Below are positions 39,317-49,815 of a DNA stretch of 64,000 nt, piece by piece. A program made the position numbers and the translations under genes. Location: assembly GCA_964372485.1 (NCBI GenBank), contig CAYJQI010000001.1, forward strand, positions 323,110 to 387,109. Direction: 5' to 3'. The notes beneath the pieces were generated by a model, which had not been told where the DNA came from, did not search any database, and saw only the letters and a list, made by a program, of their open reading frames with translations. The first letter of the stretch is position 1, and the number at the start of each line of letters is the position of its first letter. This DNA comes from an uncultured archaeon (GTDB taxonomy: Archaea; Aenigmatarchaeota; Aenigmatarchaeia; CG10238-14; SCSR01).

Positions 39317-40009
39317 CTATTTTTTAATAGACACGCCATTTTTCGAAATTTCGAATGGATATATATCAGTTCCATGTGACGTTCTCCTCATTTTTCTTAC
39401 CATTAAACTTCTAGGAGTTCCACCTGCTGCATATTCCAAATAATTGAGCATTACTACACCATCTGCAAGAAATTCTTCAAACCCAAATCTGCTCAATGCT
39501 TTCACATCATTTTCAGGAACTTCTGTTATCAACAAACTCGTCACCCCTAATTGCTTCAAAGTTTTCATATAACCAAAAGTCTCACTTCTTATTTTAGTAA
39601 CATCCAACGCTCCCATTCTCCACCCCATTGTTGCAATTGATAAACTATCCAAAACAAATCTCGTCGCACCCGTTTTCTTTACAACTTCAGCTGTTTGCAT
39701 GGTAAGATCTTCTATACTTGTTGGTTCGAGTGCGATTAATGAAAATCTTCCTTGCTTGATGTAATTTTTCAGTTCCACATCCCATCCGAATGCAGCAACA
39801 TCTGCTAATATTTCATCAACTTCTTCACCAAGAGAAATGTATAATCCTTTCTCACCACTTTTCAATCCATGTAAAAGATATTGTGTACTGAAAATTGTCT
39901 TTCCAGCACCTGTTTGTCCGGCTAGAAGATTAACAGAACCTTTCACCAGCCCACCTTGTATGAGTTTATCCAATCCAGGAATACCAGTCTCGATTCTTTC
40001 AGTAGGCAT
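39317..40009 (-). CDS. KaiC/RadA-like single-domain RecA-superfamily ATPase.
   Basis: GIPGLDKLIQGG plus Walker A AGQTGAGKT. Confidence 0.75.
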   Translation of the reverse strand: MPTERIETGIPGLDKLIQGGLVKGSVNLLAGQTGAGKTIFSTQYLLHGLKSGEKGLYISLGEEVDEILADVAAFGWDVELKNYIKQGRFSLIALEPTSIEDLTMQTAEVVKKTGATRFVLDSLSIATMGWRMGALDVTKIRSETFGYMKTLKQLGVTSLLITEVPENDVKALSRFGFEEFLADGVVMLNYLEYAAGGTPRSLMVRKMRRTSHGTDIYPFEISKNGVSIKK

Positions 40010-40018
40010 AATAATTAT

Positions 40019-40516
40019 TTATTTCCTGCCTTTTTTACTTTTTACCTGGCTTAATTCGACCTCAATTTCGGCCAATTCTTTCAATAACCCAGAATATGTC
40101 GCTTCCAATTCCTTCTCGCTTATTTCCTGCCTATAATACTTGTCCTTGAGATTGGAGATGACTTCCTTTATTTCACCCGATCTTCTTTTCAAGTTCGATA
40201 ATCTTATAACATTTTCATAAAATACCCACACAATTCCAGTCACGGTAAAAATAGATCCGGCTGCTACAGTAACAGTTACCACAGGTGAAGTGTCTTGGTC
40301 TAACCACATTCTAAACAAATGCGATATTCCAATAAGATTTACCCCCACAGCCAGTGAGAACATGTTAACACTAACTTTCGGGCTTATCAGTCCTCCGAGA
40401 TAGAAGATGGTATATGTAGCGGCAGTTAGACCAGAAAAAGCGAACAGATTGACAATATCCGGTATGTCGATTGCAATCATAATAGAATATTTTAGTTTAC
40501 TTTGATATAAGCGCAC
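40019..40516 (-). CDS. Membrane protein with a C-terminal coiled coil.
   Basis: Three to four TM helices, then a charged helical tail. Confidence 0.4.
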   Translation of the reverse strand: MRLYQSKLKYSIMIAIDIPDIVNLFAFSGLTAATYTIFYLGGLISPKVSVNMFSLAVGVNLIGISHLFRMWLDQDTSPVVTVTVAAGSIFTVTGIVWVFYENVIRLSNLKRRSGEIKEVISNLKDKYYRQEISEKELEATYSGLLKELAEIEVELSQVKSKKGRK

Positions 40517-40952
40517 AAGAAACAGGAGGTGCTACCATAAGCTTGCAGAGTGAGTGGAAAATTTGAGTTTCGTTTGCTCCCACCAGCTCATCCTTCCCAT
40601 AAACACTTTCTACTGTTAATTTTGATACACTCAAACTATCATCTCTTATCTCTTCAAGAAAGATCTGCTCTTTGTATTCATTTGCGAGAAATTCTAGATT
40701 TGATTTCTGATTAACACAATCTTCACATACTAGATTGTAATCAAATGTCATTAAAGTGACACCATACTGTAATAACGCAGCTCTGAGATTAGGATCCAAT
40801 TGGTAATTGATAATATTTGTTTCTGGTAATTGCAGATTCTGTGACGGTGAGGAGAAAGATTGAATTATGGCATAAGCAAAAGTTGAGAAAAGCATTGTAG
40901 CTATCAAAAACAATCCAATCCAGGATGTCTTTACTTTGAGTTTCATAAACAT
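40497..40952 (-). CDS. Membrane-anchored protein with a CxxC (thioredoxin-like?) motif.
   Basis: N-terminal TM helix and a CEDC motif. Confidence 0.3.
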   Translation of the reverse strand: MFMKLKVKTSWIGLFLIATMLFSTFAYAIIQSFSSPSQNLQLPETNIINYQLDPNLRAALLQYGVTLMTFDYNLVCEDCVNQKSNLEFLANEYKEQIFLEEIRDDSLSVSKLTVESVYGKDELVGANETQIFHSLCKLMVAPPVSCALISK

Positions 40953-40979
40953 TAATTTTTAAATTACTTATTTAAGAAT

Positions 40980-41771
40980 ATGGTACTTGAGAAGCTGGTA
41001 ACGATACGTGAAGCTGTCCAGCACCCTATGTGGATGTTTGCTATTGGGGCTATAATTTCGGTAATAAGTCTGTTCTTATCCTTCTGGGTGTTTCCAGATT
41101 CTGTTGGGCTTTTCACAACGGTTTTGATAACTTTCATAATGACTCCATTCATGGTCAATCTTTTGACGTATGAAATGTTTATGACAGAGTTGGATATTAA
41201 GAAAAGAAAGATGCAAAACTTTTTCCAGCGACATTGGGGGATTTTGATGGTCTACAGCGCATTTTTCTCCGGAATGATCGTTGCATTATCATTAGCTTTC
41301 ATATTTTTGCCCGATGGTACAGTAACTAAACTTTTTGAGGATCAGATAAATGAAATAAAATTAATACGGGGAAATTTCCTATCTTCAACAACTTTCTTGA
41401 AAATAATAATTAACAATATTGGCGTGTTGTTGATTTCAGTTTTGTTTGCATTTATTTTTGGGTCAGGTGCAATATTCATTTTATCATGGAATGCTTCAGT
41501 TTTATCCGCAGCTATAGGCCTAACTGCAAAAGCAGTTGGGGGTGTTCATGGTATTCCTGTTGCACTTGCAACTTATATGCCTCATGGTATATTTGAAATA
41601 ATTGCATATTTCTTGGGTGGAATTGCGGGTGGAATTCTATCCGCAGAAGTCATGAAGGACAGAAAAGCATTTTTTAAAATAGTCATGATAGATAGTATGA
41701 AAGTTATTCTTGCAGCTGTAATTCTTTTATTCATTGGAGCTTTCATAGAAAGCGTGTTAATAGGCGTGTGA
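40980..41771 (+). CDS. SpoIIM/DUF95-family membrane protein.
   Basis: HGIFEIIAYFLGGIAGG motif. Confidence 0.55.
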   Translation: MVLEKLVTIREAVQHPMWMFAIGAIISVISLFLSFWVFPDSVGLFTTVLITFIMTPFMVNLLTYEMFMTELDIKKRKMQNFFQRHWGILMVYSAFFSGMIVALSLAFIFLPDGTVTKLFEDQINEIKLIRGNFLSSTTFLKIIINNIGVLLISVLFAFIFGSGAIFILSWNASVLSAAIGLTAKAVGGVHGIPVALATYMPHGIFEIIAYFLGGIAGGILSAEVMKDRKAFFKIVMIDSMKVILAAVILLFIGAFIESVLIGV

Positions 41772-44423
41772 TTATTCTAAATAGATTGCCGGTTTGCCGT
41801 ATTTTGCTCTAGATGCTCTGTTTTCAGGATCATGTTTTCTTTTGTCAGAAACTTTGAATAATTCTAATTTCTTGAATTCAAACAAACTCTTAATATAATC
41901 CTTACCTTCTTTGAAATATTCAAGCTCTTTGTCTGTTACAAAATACAAATATGCATTCTTCTTTCCTTCAGCAAGTTTCAATACTTGATGGAGATCTTGT
42001 TGGGTTTTTTTGAAAATATTTTCTAATTCGAGTACATTTTTGTCAATTAATTTTTCATTAAAGGTTGGCCATGAACTTGTCGATATGAAATTTTTATTCC
42101 CCAATTTTTCCCACAATTCTTCAGATATGTGAGGTGTAAATGGTGCAATGAGCTTCACCATTGTTGATATGCATTCTTCAAGAATTTCCTTATTGGCTTT
42201 TTTAATTCCGCCATTTCTTTCTATGTAATATTGTATTTCGTTCATTAGTTGGAAAACACTAAACTGTGATCCAGATCTAAATTTCATAACTTCATAACTT
42301 TCAGTTGCACCTTTCACACAATTTTGAAGAATTGTTAAAATATATTTGTCCAAATCATTTTTGGATTTCCTTTTAGCAGTTTTGTAATCTTTTACTAGTT
42401 TTTCTAAATTTTCCAATCTGATCGAAAATGTTTTTAGAGAATCTTCTCTCCAATCTGCATCATCCATGTTTTCATTTGATGTTGTGATGTTAATTCTAAC
42501 TAAATCTGGACCATAATTTTTGATTAATTTTGTCAATGGAATTATGTTACCTTTGGATTTAGCCATTTTCTCTCCGGCTACTGTAACAAATCCATTTACA
42601 CCATATGTTTTTGGCCAATATTTTGGATCATCCCATATTGCTACATGATGGAATAGTGCATAAGTTAAATGATTTTGAACTAATTCTTTCGCAGAGTTTC
42701 TCATATCAAGTGGATAGAAATATTCAAATTCCCCTCTCATTTCTTCAATTAATTTCTCTTTCAATTTGGATGATTTGCTAATATTTTTCAAATTTCCCTT
42801 GCCTAAAAATACATAATCAAAAACTTCATCGGTTAAACTATCTGCTTTTATTTTATTTTCATTTATCACTCGAGCTATTGTATAATACGCCATGTAAATC
42901 ACAGAATCGCTCAATGTTTCAACAATCCATTCTTTATCCCATGGTAATCTAGTTCCCAACCCGCTTTTTCTTGCGCATGCTTTATCATCCAACCAATCTA
43001 CTGTGTTAAGAAATTGGATTCGAGCTTCTTCTGGATAAAATTTCATCTGATCTATTGCATGCTTTACTTTTTCCTTCCATACAACGTCTGAAAATTTCAA
43101 AAACCACTGATTTTCAAGAATTTTTACATGGCATTTTGTAGTACATCGACATACAACTTCATTTGTAGTTTCCCACATTGTATCTGCTATATTTTGATCA
43201 ACAAAATCGTCAATTAACTCGTCTTTTACCTCAGAAACTTTCCTTCCTGCATATTTTCCACAAGCTTCTCCAAGAATTCCTGTGTGAAATTCCTTTTTGT
43301 ATACTTGAGATGTTGCCTCTTCCAACTTTTCAGATTCTTTTGTACTTTTTATTCCCATTTTTTCTGAAATATCTATTGCAAGATTTTTTGAATTATCTAC
43401 ATTTACAACTGGGACAGGTTTTATCATTTCAAGTTTTCCCAATTCTTTCAATGCAACATAATCATACGGTGCATGTGATGGAACTGACATTACTATTCCA
43501 GTTGCCGTTGCCGAATTTACAAATTCTCCTGGGAAAATAGGGACTTTATGATTTGTTAATGGATTTGTAGCATCTTTTAATGAATTAACAGATATCTTTC
43601 CTATAATTTCAATATTTTTCAATTGGTCTTTTAATTTTTCCACAGCTTCCTTACTCACAATCCAAGTTTCTTTGTCAATTTTTACTTTTACATATTCCGA
43701 TTTTGGATTTATCCAAAGGTTTGTTACGCCGAAAATTGTTTCAGGTCGGAGTGTTGCACAAGGAAGTATTTCACCAGAATCTAGTTTGAATTTCAAAATA
43801 ACAAATTCTGTAGGACTTTCTCCTTCACCTTTCAATCTATCATGGTCACCTGTTGGTGACTGATCATGTGGACACCAAATAACAGGATGTGTTCCTTGAA
43901 TTACAAATCCTTTTTCTTTTAGTGTGTTGTATTGCCATTCGATGAATCTATTGAATGTAGGTGTTATTGCCGTAATGAATTTTCTTCTCCAATCGATTGA
44001 ATATCCGATACTTTTCAAATCTTCAACAAACTTTTCTGCCCAATAATTGGCTACAAATTCTGGTCCATGTTTTACAAAATCTTTCAAATCTTTTTCAGTT
44101 GCACCATACATTTTGAATGTTTCTATTTGAGTTTTGTCACCTTTCTTCAGTCTTTCAACAGTGCCGATTATAGGTTCTCCAGTTGCATGAAATCCAACTG
44201 CTTCCAAAGTGTTGAATCCTTGCATTCTTTTGAAACGAGCATATATGTCAGTTCTTGTATTTGTGAATGAATGACCGATGTGTGGTCTTCCATTAACATA
44301 TGGAATAACAATCGATGTGAAGAATTTTGATTTTTTAGTATTGATGTCGGTGTCGAAAAGTTTATATTTCTCCCATTTTGCTTGCCATTTTTTATCGATT
44401 TTTCGGAAATCCATTAAAATCAT
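41772..44423 (-). CDS. leuS: Leucyl-tRNA synthetase (archaeal/eukaryal type).
   Basis: [35 protein letters not shown] and KMAKSKGN motifs. Confidence 0.9.
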   Translation of the reverse strand: [883 protein letters not shown]

Positions 44424-44437
44424 TTGACTAATTTAGA

Positions 44438-44767
44438 TTAAGTTTCTATTGGCTCTACCCAATATTCATATTGTGGACTTTTCCCCCTAAATCTTTGTAC
44501 AATTATTTTCACACCTTTCGCATTTACTAGTCTTTGGCTTACAGGTAAACTGTTTGGAACAGGACTCTCATAGAATCTCAGTCTCATTCTTTCTCTTTTA
44601 CGTTTCACATGTGTAGACGATTTCATACCAATTTTATAATAGTCTCCCGGTTTCGGTCTTGTACCGTTAAAATAAAATTCCCTGGATAATGGTCTGTCAT
44701 GAGCAGGTCTTTTAAATGGTATGCTCAGATATGGTTGCTGATAAAGTTCTCTAATCAAATCTTGCAT
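44438..44767 (-). CDS. Hypothetical basic protein (109 aa).
   Basis: K/R-rich, sits downstream of leuS. Confidence 0.4.
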   Translation of the reverse strand: MQDLIRELYQQPYLSIPFKRPAHDRPLSREFYFNGTRPKPGDYYKIGMKSSTHVKRKRERMRLRFYESPVPNSLPVSQRLVNAKGVKIIVQRFRGKSPQYEYWVEPIET

Positions 44768-44976
44768 CTAAGAAACCTCCTTATTCAGAAATCGGTTAAG
44801 GGTCCTCTGCAACCACTTGGCAGAATCCTCCCCTATTGCCCCAAAACGAGCAACAGAGGTAGTATCAATACATTCAAGAGTAGAATAATAATGTTAGAAT
44901 CAAGATTCAATAATTGAGTTGGTCCCAAATTCATCAATAATCACTGATTTTATAAAACTCATTAAAACTTTAAAAC

Positions 44977-44984
44977 TTATAAAT
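44977..44984 (+). promoter_or_regulatory. Putative TATA box for tRNA-Arg(UCU).
   Basis: TTATAAAT about 20 nt upstream of the tRNA 5' end. Confidence 0.3.
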
Positions 44985-44999
44985 ATTATTGAAATCAAT

Positions 45000-45088
45000 G
45001 CTCCCGTAGCTCAACTTGGATAGAGCAAATATTATAGCTCAATTCCCTTCTAAGGAAGAGGTTGAGGGTTCAAATCCCTCCGGGGGCA
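45000..45088 (+). tRNA. tRNA-Arg (anticodon UCU) with a roughly 14-nt intron at a non-canonical position.
   Basis: Acceptor GCTCCCG/CGGGGGC, D-arm, anticodon loop CTTCTAA, T-arm GAGGG-TTCAAAT-CCCTC. The 89-nt length needs an insertion after position 26. Confidence 0.7.
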
Positions 45089-45341
45089 TATTTATACAAA
45101 TGGATAAATATTATTATGAATCCTTTACGCTATCTTGATGTTCACCGAGGCGATAATTTTTTCCAAATTGCATTGAAATTAAATGTACCAGGAAGTTATT
45201 TGTATAACGTAAGAAGACTTGTTGAACCAACATGGACTAGTCGAAGTATGGGATATTCTGGTGCTGCACTTTTAGAATTGCCTAAATTAGGTTTATTGTG
45301 TGTATTTTTGGGTTGGCACAATCTTTAAACTATAGAAAACT

Positions 45342-45692
45342 TTAGGAACGTCGACCTGTGTAAGCAGCTATTTCTGTTTTTGTTAAAGGCATACCCACAA
45401 AGGTTTCATGCTCGTCAAAATATCTTGCCGATTCTTTTATGAAATCATTTATAGCTTTTCTTGCTCTAGCTTGTCTTTGTCTTTCCCATTTCGCATCCCT
45501 CTCTATGTCTAGTTGGACATCTTCAGGATTTCTCTGGTCATATCTTGGCAGCACACCTGAATAACATGGATTTTTGCCTGTATATCTTTGAGATCGCTCC
45601 GCTTGTAAATCTTCGAAAAATTGACGCATTCCAGATTTACTCATACTATCATGTGAACCTTCAACTATTTGAATTTTACCAGACTGCAACAT
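45342..45692 (-). CDS. Hypothetical protein (116 aa).
   Basis: Charged protein with moderately elevated GC. Confidence 0.35.
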   Translation of the reverse strand: MLQSGKIQIVEGSHDSMSKSGMRQFFEDLQAERSQRYTGKNPCYSGVLPRYDQRNPEDVQLDIERDAKWERQRQARARKAINDFIKESARYFDEHETFVGMPLTKTEIAAYTGRRS

Positions 45693-45721
45693 TTAAACGA
45701 ATAAAAACTTAATTATCTTTA

Positions 45722-46477
45722 ATGACTCGAGTAATTGGTATAGTTTCTGGCAAGGGTGGGGTTGGAAAAACTACCCTAGTATCTAATTTATCACATGTTT
45801 TGACAGAATTAGGCAAGGACGTTACAGCTGTTGATGCTAATTTAACCACACCACATCTTGGTTTACATCTCGGATATCATATGGTTCCGAAATCTTTGCA
45901 TGATTATCTACGCGGCGATGCAAAGTTGAAAGATGTCATTTATCCTCATCCCTATGGATTCAAAGTTATACCTGCGGGATTGTCTATTAGTGATCTCGTT
46001 GGGATTAACGCTGACAAATTCCATAGTTTAACTCTAAGTCTTATTGGGAAAACTGATTATGTTTTAGTCGATTCTGCACCATCATTAGGAAAGGAAGCAA
46101 CATTGTCATTGAAAGTTTCTGACGAATTGATTCTTTTAACAAATCCTAATTTACCTGCAGTTTTGGATATACTAAAAGTTGCCAAAGTCAGTGAATCGCT
46201 CAAGAAAAGTATTCTTGGTGTGGTTGTTAATCGATCTACAAGAAAGGATGATTTGAAAGCAGATGAAATTGGAGAAATTTTGAAATATCCTATCATCGGT
46301 GAAATACCAGAAGATGTGAATGTTCAGAAAGCATTAGCTGCAAGAACAGCTGTAGTCGATTACAGTCCAAAATCACCAGCATCAATTGAATTTAGACGAT
46401 TGGGTCATCATCTTGTGGGAAAGAAATTCAATCATAGACGCGGATTGTTTGAAATGTTACTCAATAATTTCAGATAA
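45722..46477 (+). CDS. minD: MinD/ParA-family ATPase.
   Basis: Deviant Walker A SGKGGVGKTT. Confidence 0.85.
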   Translation: MTRVIGIVSGKGGVGKTTLVSNLSHVLTELGKDVTAVDANLTTPHLGLHLGYHMVPKSLHDYLRGDAKLKDVIYPHPYGFKVIPAGLSISDLVGINADKFHSLTLSLIGKTDYVLVDSAPSLGKEATLSLKVSDELILLTNPNLPAVLDILKVAKVSESLKKSILGVVVNRSTRKDDLKADEIGEILKYPIIGEIPEDVNVQKALAARTAVVDYSPKSPASIEFRRLGHHLVGKKFNHRRGLFEMLLNNFR

Positions 46478-48101
46478 GATCAAGATTTATTTCAAAAGCA
46501 GCACAAGGCATTTCTAATTTCCAATTTCCTAAAACTACAGGAGATATTTCTCCTATCATTCCAATAGATTTATCATTCGATATTATATCAGCCCTTCTTC
46601 CTTCAATGAAGGTCCCATTTGAATTTTCTTTAAATGAATATTTTACTCCTGCTTGCCGTAATAATGTTTCTACAATTCCTTTTATTTCTGTGTAACTACT
46701 TTTTGAATGACATGTTATTCCCGCTAATTTTCTAACAGTTTTTGACATTGTTTCTTCAGATGAATCAAATACAACTACATCCCCAACTTCGAAAATATTT
46801 TGAGGATATTCAACATGTTTATTTTTAGACAACACTTCTATCAGGCTTGGTAACAACCAACTTCTCAAACACGTGTATTCTTCTGATACAGGATTTTCTA
46901 GTTCTATTATTTTTTCTTTCTCTACATTCATCATTGCGAAGAGATTTTTATTATTCGTCAGAATAGGTTGTATAATTTCTTGCAAACCAAATCCAACCAT
47001 TAATTGCCTGATTTTCGATGATAATTTTTCTGTTGTATGAGAACGGCCAACTGTTGCGATATTTGGTAGTTGTGGTATTAGATTGTTGAATCCATATCCT
47101 ATTGCGATATCTTCCATTACATCCATTTTATGAAGTATATCCGTTCTGTAAGCAGGAATGAAAATTCTTAAAGCATTTCTATTTTCTGCAACATCATAAC
47201 CCATTCTATTTAGTACAGCAGTAACGTCCATCTTTTGTAATTCCAATCCAAGCAATTTGTTTATTTCCTCTAGAGTAATTTCAACAAAAACTGGGCTGAT
47301 AACAGGTGTGATGTAATACTTATCTCCTGAAAATATTTTAACTCCTTCTATCTCACATCCTCGATCTGCAAAATTTGTTACTATTATATTCAAAGTTTGT
47401 AATACAGCTTCTTGGTCAGTGCCCGTCAATTCTACAAGTAAATTTTTAGTTGATTCTGTTACACGGGTTCTCTCTGAATTTATTATTGGTGGAAAACTGA
47501 AAATTCCTTTTGTATCCGAATAAACAGGGAATTTTTGATTGTTTGAAACAATGTGGCCGTATTCTTTACCTTTGGGAATTTTTTCCAATACTTCTTTTAA
47601 AGTCATTTCTTCTTTCATGCCTAGAGGTATGATTGTTTCATTTGGATTTACTTCTGAATATGTTATGTTTGAAACAATTTTATCAAAATCATGAATACCT
47701 ATAGCAACTTTCTTTCTTTTTCTTCCAATACTTTCAGCAAGAACTTCTTGAATGTTCATCATGCTTTTAATGAATGCATCTGACATGGGAACATTTTTTA
47801 CAACAGCGGCTGCTAAATACGGTCTATTGGGAACATGCGAATCTTTAATCTGCAATCTCGCACTTGATAAAGTATATTTTTTCATTCCCATCTGTATTCC
47901 AAGAAATTGTTTTATACTTCTTGCCAATCCTTCAACACCAAACATGTCAGGCCTATCAGGAGTCATTTTCAGAGTAATTTCATGTTCAGTTAAAGTTTCA
48001 AGTTCAGGTTTCAGTAAATGTATCGCTTCTTCCAATTGTTCATGAGAAATTTTACCAATAAGATTCATCAAATCTTTTCTATCATAAGTTATTGTTGGCA
48101 T
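46470..48101 (-). CDS. pheT: Phenylalanyl-tRNA synthetase beta subunit.
   Basis: Archaeal PheT architecture. The likely start MPTITYD abuts the pheS stop. Confidence 0.85.
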   Translation of the reverse strand: MPTITYDRKDLMNLIGKISHEQLEEAIHLLKPELETLTEHEITLKMTPDRPDMFGVEGLARSIKQFLGIQMGMKKYTLSSARLQIKDSHVPNRPYLAAAVVKNVPMSDAFIKSMMNIQEVLAESIGRKRKKVAIGIHDFDKIVSNITYSEVNPNETIIPLGMKEEMTLKEVLEKIPKGKEYGHIVSNNQKFPVYSDTKGIFSFPPIINSERTRVTESTKNLLVELTGTDQEAVLQTLNIIVTNFADRGCEIEGVKIFSGDKYYITPVISPVFVEITLEEINKLLGLELQKMDVTAVLNRMGYDVAENRNALRIFIPAYRTDILHKMDVMEDIAIGYGFNNLIPQLPNIATVGRSHTTEKLSSKIRQLMVGFGLQEIIQPILTNNKNLFAMMNVEKEKIIELENPVSEEYTCLRSWLLPSLIEVLSKNKHVEYPQNIFEVGDVVVFDSSEETMSKTVRKLAGITCHSKSSYTEIKGIVETLLRQAGVKYSFKENSNGTFIEGRRADIISNDKSIGMIGEISPVVLGNWKLEMPCAAFEINLDLI

Positions 48102-49363
48102 TATTTCACCATCTCCTTCTGTCTCACCCAATTAATATCATCCGAGAAAAGATATCGAATATCACTTATTCCCAGCTTCAACATTGCCAATCTCCCAATT
48201 CCAATTCCCCATGCAAGTACAGGAACTTCTACACCTAATGGAATTGTAACTTCAGGACGGAATATTCCTGATCCTCCAGCTTCTACCCAACCAAGATCTT
48301 TAAAGTAAACATACATTTCAGTGCTGAATTCTGTAAATGGAAAGTAATGTGGTTTGAATCTAACTTTCTCTGCACCAATTGTTAATGCAAATTCTTTCAA
48401 ATATCCAAGTAAATGTCTGAATGTTAATCCTTCACCCGCTACAATTCCTTCACATTGATCAAAATCAACAGAATGGGTTGCATCAATTACATCGGGTCTA
48501 AAATTTCTATGAATAACAAACATTTTATGCGGCAAGTCTTCCCTTTTCAATGTTGATAATACTCGTGAAGATACAGCTGTTGTTTGACTTCGGAGAATTA
48601 ATTTCTTTGCAAGTTCTAAATTCCAATGCCCCCAACCTTTACTTCCAGTTATCCAACCACTCTTATGAGTTTCTTCAACTCGTTTCCATAAATCGTTGTT
48701 AATAATTTTTCCTTGTGTAGGATCCTTTACCATGTAAACATCATGTATACCTCGTGCTGGATGATCACTGGGCATGAATAATGCATCTGCATTCCAGAAA
48801 TTCAATTCAACCAATGGACCCTTTGCTTCAACAAATCCCAATCCAATTAATTTTTCTCTAAACTCTTCAATAACTTGACGATACGGATGAAGATTTCCCG
48901 GATATACTGATGATACAGGAACATTCACATCATATTTTTGTAATTTTACTTGTTTCCATAATCCTGTTTTCAATAATTGCGGTGTAAGATTTGTAATTTC
49001 CTTTCCAACTAATTCGTCAGCTTCACTTGTAACAACTTTTCTTATTAATTTTCTTTGAAGTAATATATTGGTTATATGTGGATCAGTTTCTTCTCCTTTG
49101 TCTAATTTTTCAAGAGTATCGTGTTCAGGGCTGAATTCTTGATAATGTACAAGTTCAATATTTTTACCATCAGATTTTACCCATTTATTTTTTAATGCCC
49201 ATTGCAGAGCTATGTAGAAATTTTTTATTTTGTGTTTTGCTTCTTCGACAGAGATCGATTTTGAGGGAGTTTCATTTAGAATTTTTAGAAGTTGTTTCTC
49301 TGGAAGTCCACTTTTCAAGTACTCCTGGCCTTCTTCAGTTAGCTTGTATTCAGCACTTGCCAT
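48101..49363 (-). CDS. pheS: Phenylalanyl-tRNA synthetase alpha subunit.
   Basis: NADALFMPSDHPAR class II motifs. Confidence 0.85.
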   Translation of the reverse strand: MASAEYKLTEEGQEYLKSGLPEKQLLKILNETPSKSISVEEAKHKIKNFYIALQWALKNKWVKSDGKNIELVHYQEFSPEHDTLEKLDKGEETDPHITNILLQRKLIRKVVTSEADELVGKEITNLTPQLLKTGLWKQVKLQKYDVNVPVSSVYPGNLHPYRQVIEEFREKLIGLGFVEAKGPLVELNFWNADALFMPSDHPARGIHDVYMVKDPTQGKIINNDLWKRVEETHKSGWITGSKGWGHWNLELAKKLILRSQTTAVSSRVLSTLKREDLPHKMFVIHRNFRPDVIDATHSVDFDQCEGIVAGEGLTFRHLLGYLKEFALTIGAEKVRFKPHYFPFTEFSTEMYVYFKDLGWVEAGGSGIFRPEVTIPLGVEVPVLAWGIGIGRLAMLKLGISDIRYLFSDDINWVRQKEMVK

Positions 49364-49396
49364 AAATTATCTTTTGATTTAGATTATTTAATCAGT

Positions 49397-49756
49397 TTAT
49401 TCCAATCCTACTTTTACCCATCGGTTCCTATCTAAATATTCATCCGATAGTACATGAATGTATCTCAATTTTCTCCATGTTCTTGGGGGATTTTTATTAG
49501 GATGAGTAATAGTTGCATAGATACCTTTATGACCTAACATGCGCCATGCGACTGCTCTATGATTTCCATCGTCTAGGCCGAAACAATCTTTTTCTCCATT
49601 ATGTGGATTGTATCTAATAACAATTGGAGGACCTAAATCAACACCGCGACACAATAATTCTCTAAAATCCCTTACTTTGCTTCCATAAACATTCCGTTGT
49701 GGAGTATATAATCGATCAAATGGGACGAATATTTTACCTTCTGAACCGTAATTCAC
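49397..49756 (-). CDS. ParB/sulfiredoxin-like domain protein.
   Basis: DGNHRAVAWRMLG motif. Confidence 0.45.
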   Translation of the reverse strand: MNYGSEGKIFVPFDRLYTPQRNVYGSKVRDFRELLCRGVDLGPPIVIRYNPHNGEKDCFGLDDGNHRAVAWRMLGHKGIYATITHPNKNPPRTWRKLRYIHVLSDEYLDRNRWVKVGLE

Positions 49757-49815
49757 CAGTCATTCTGACTCCTCTTGAACCAATTGAAAATTAATTTGAG
49801 AATTAACTTTATAAA

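Noticed and set aside
45062-45328. 88-aa ORF as given in the track.
   Set aside because: Its first 9 codons lie inside the tRNA-Arg gene. Only the downstream part (from 45116) might be real, and that is low-confidence.
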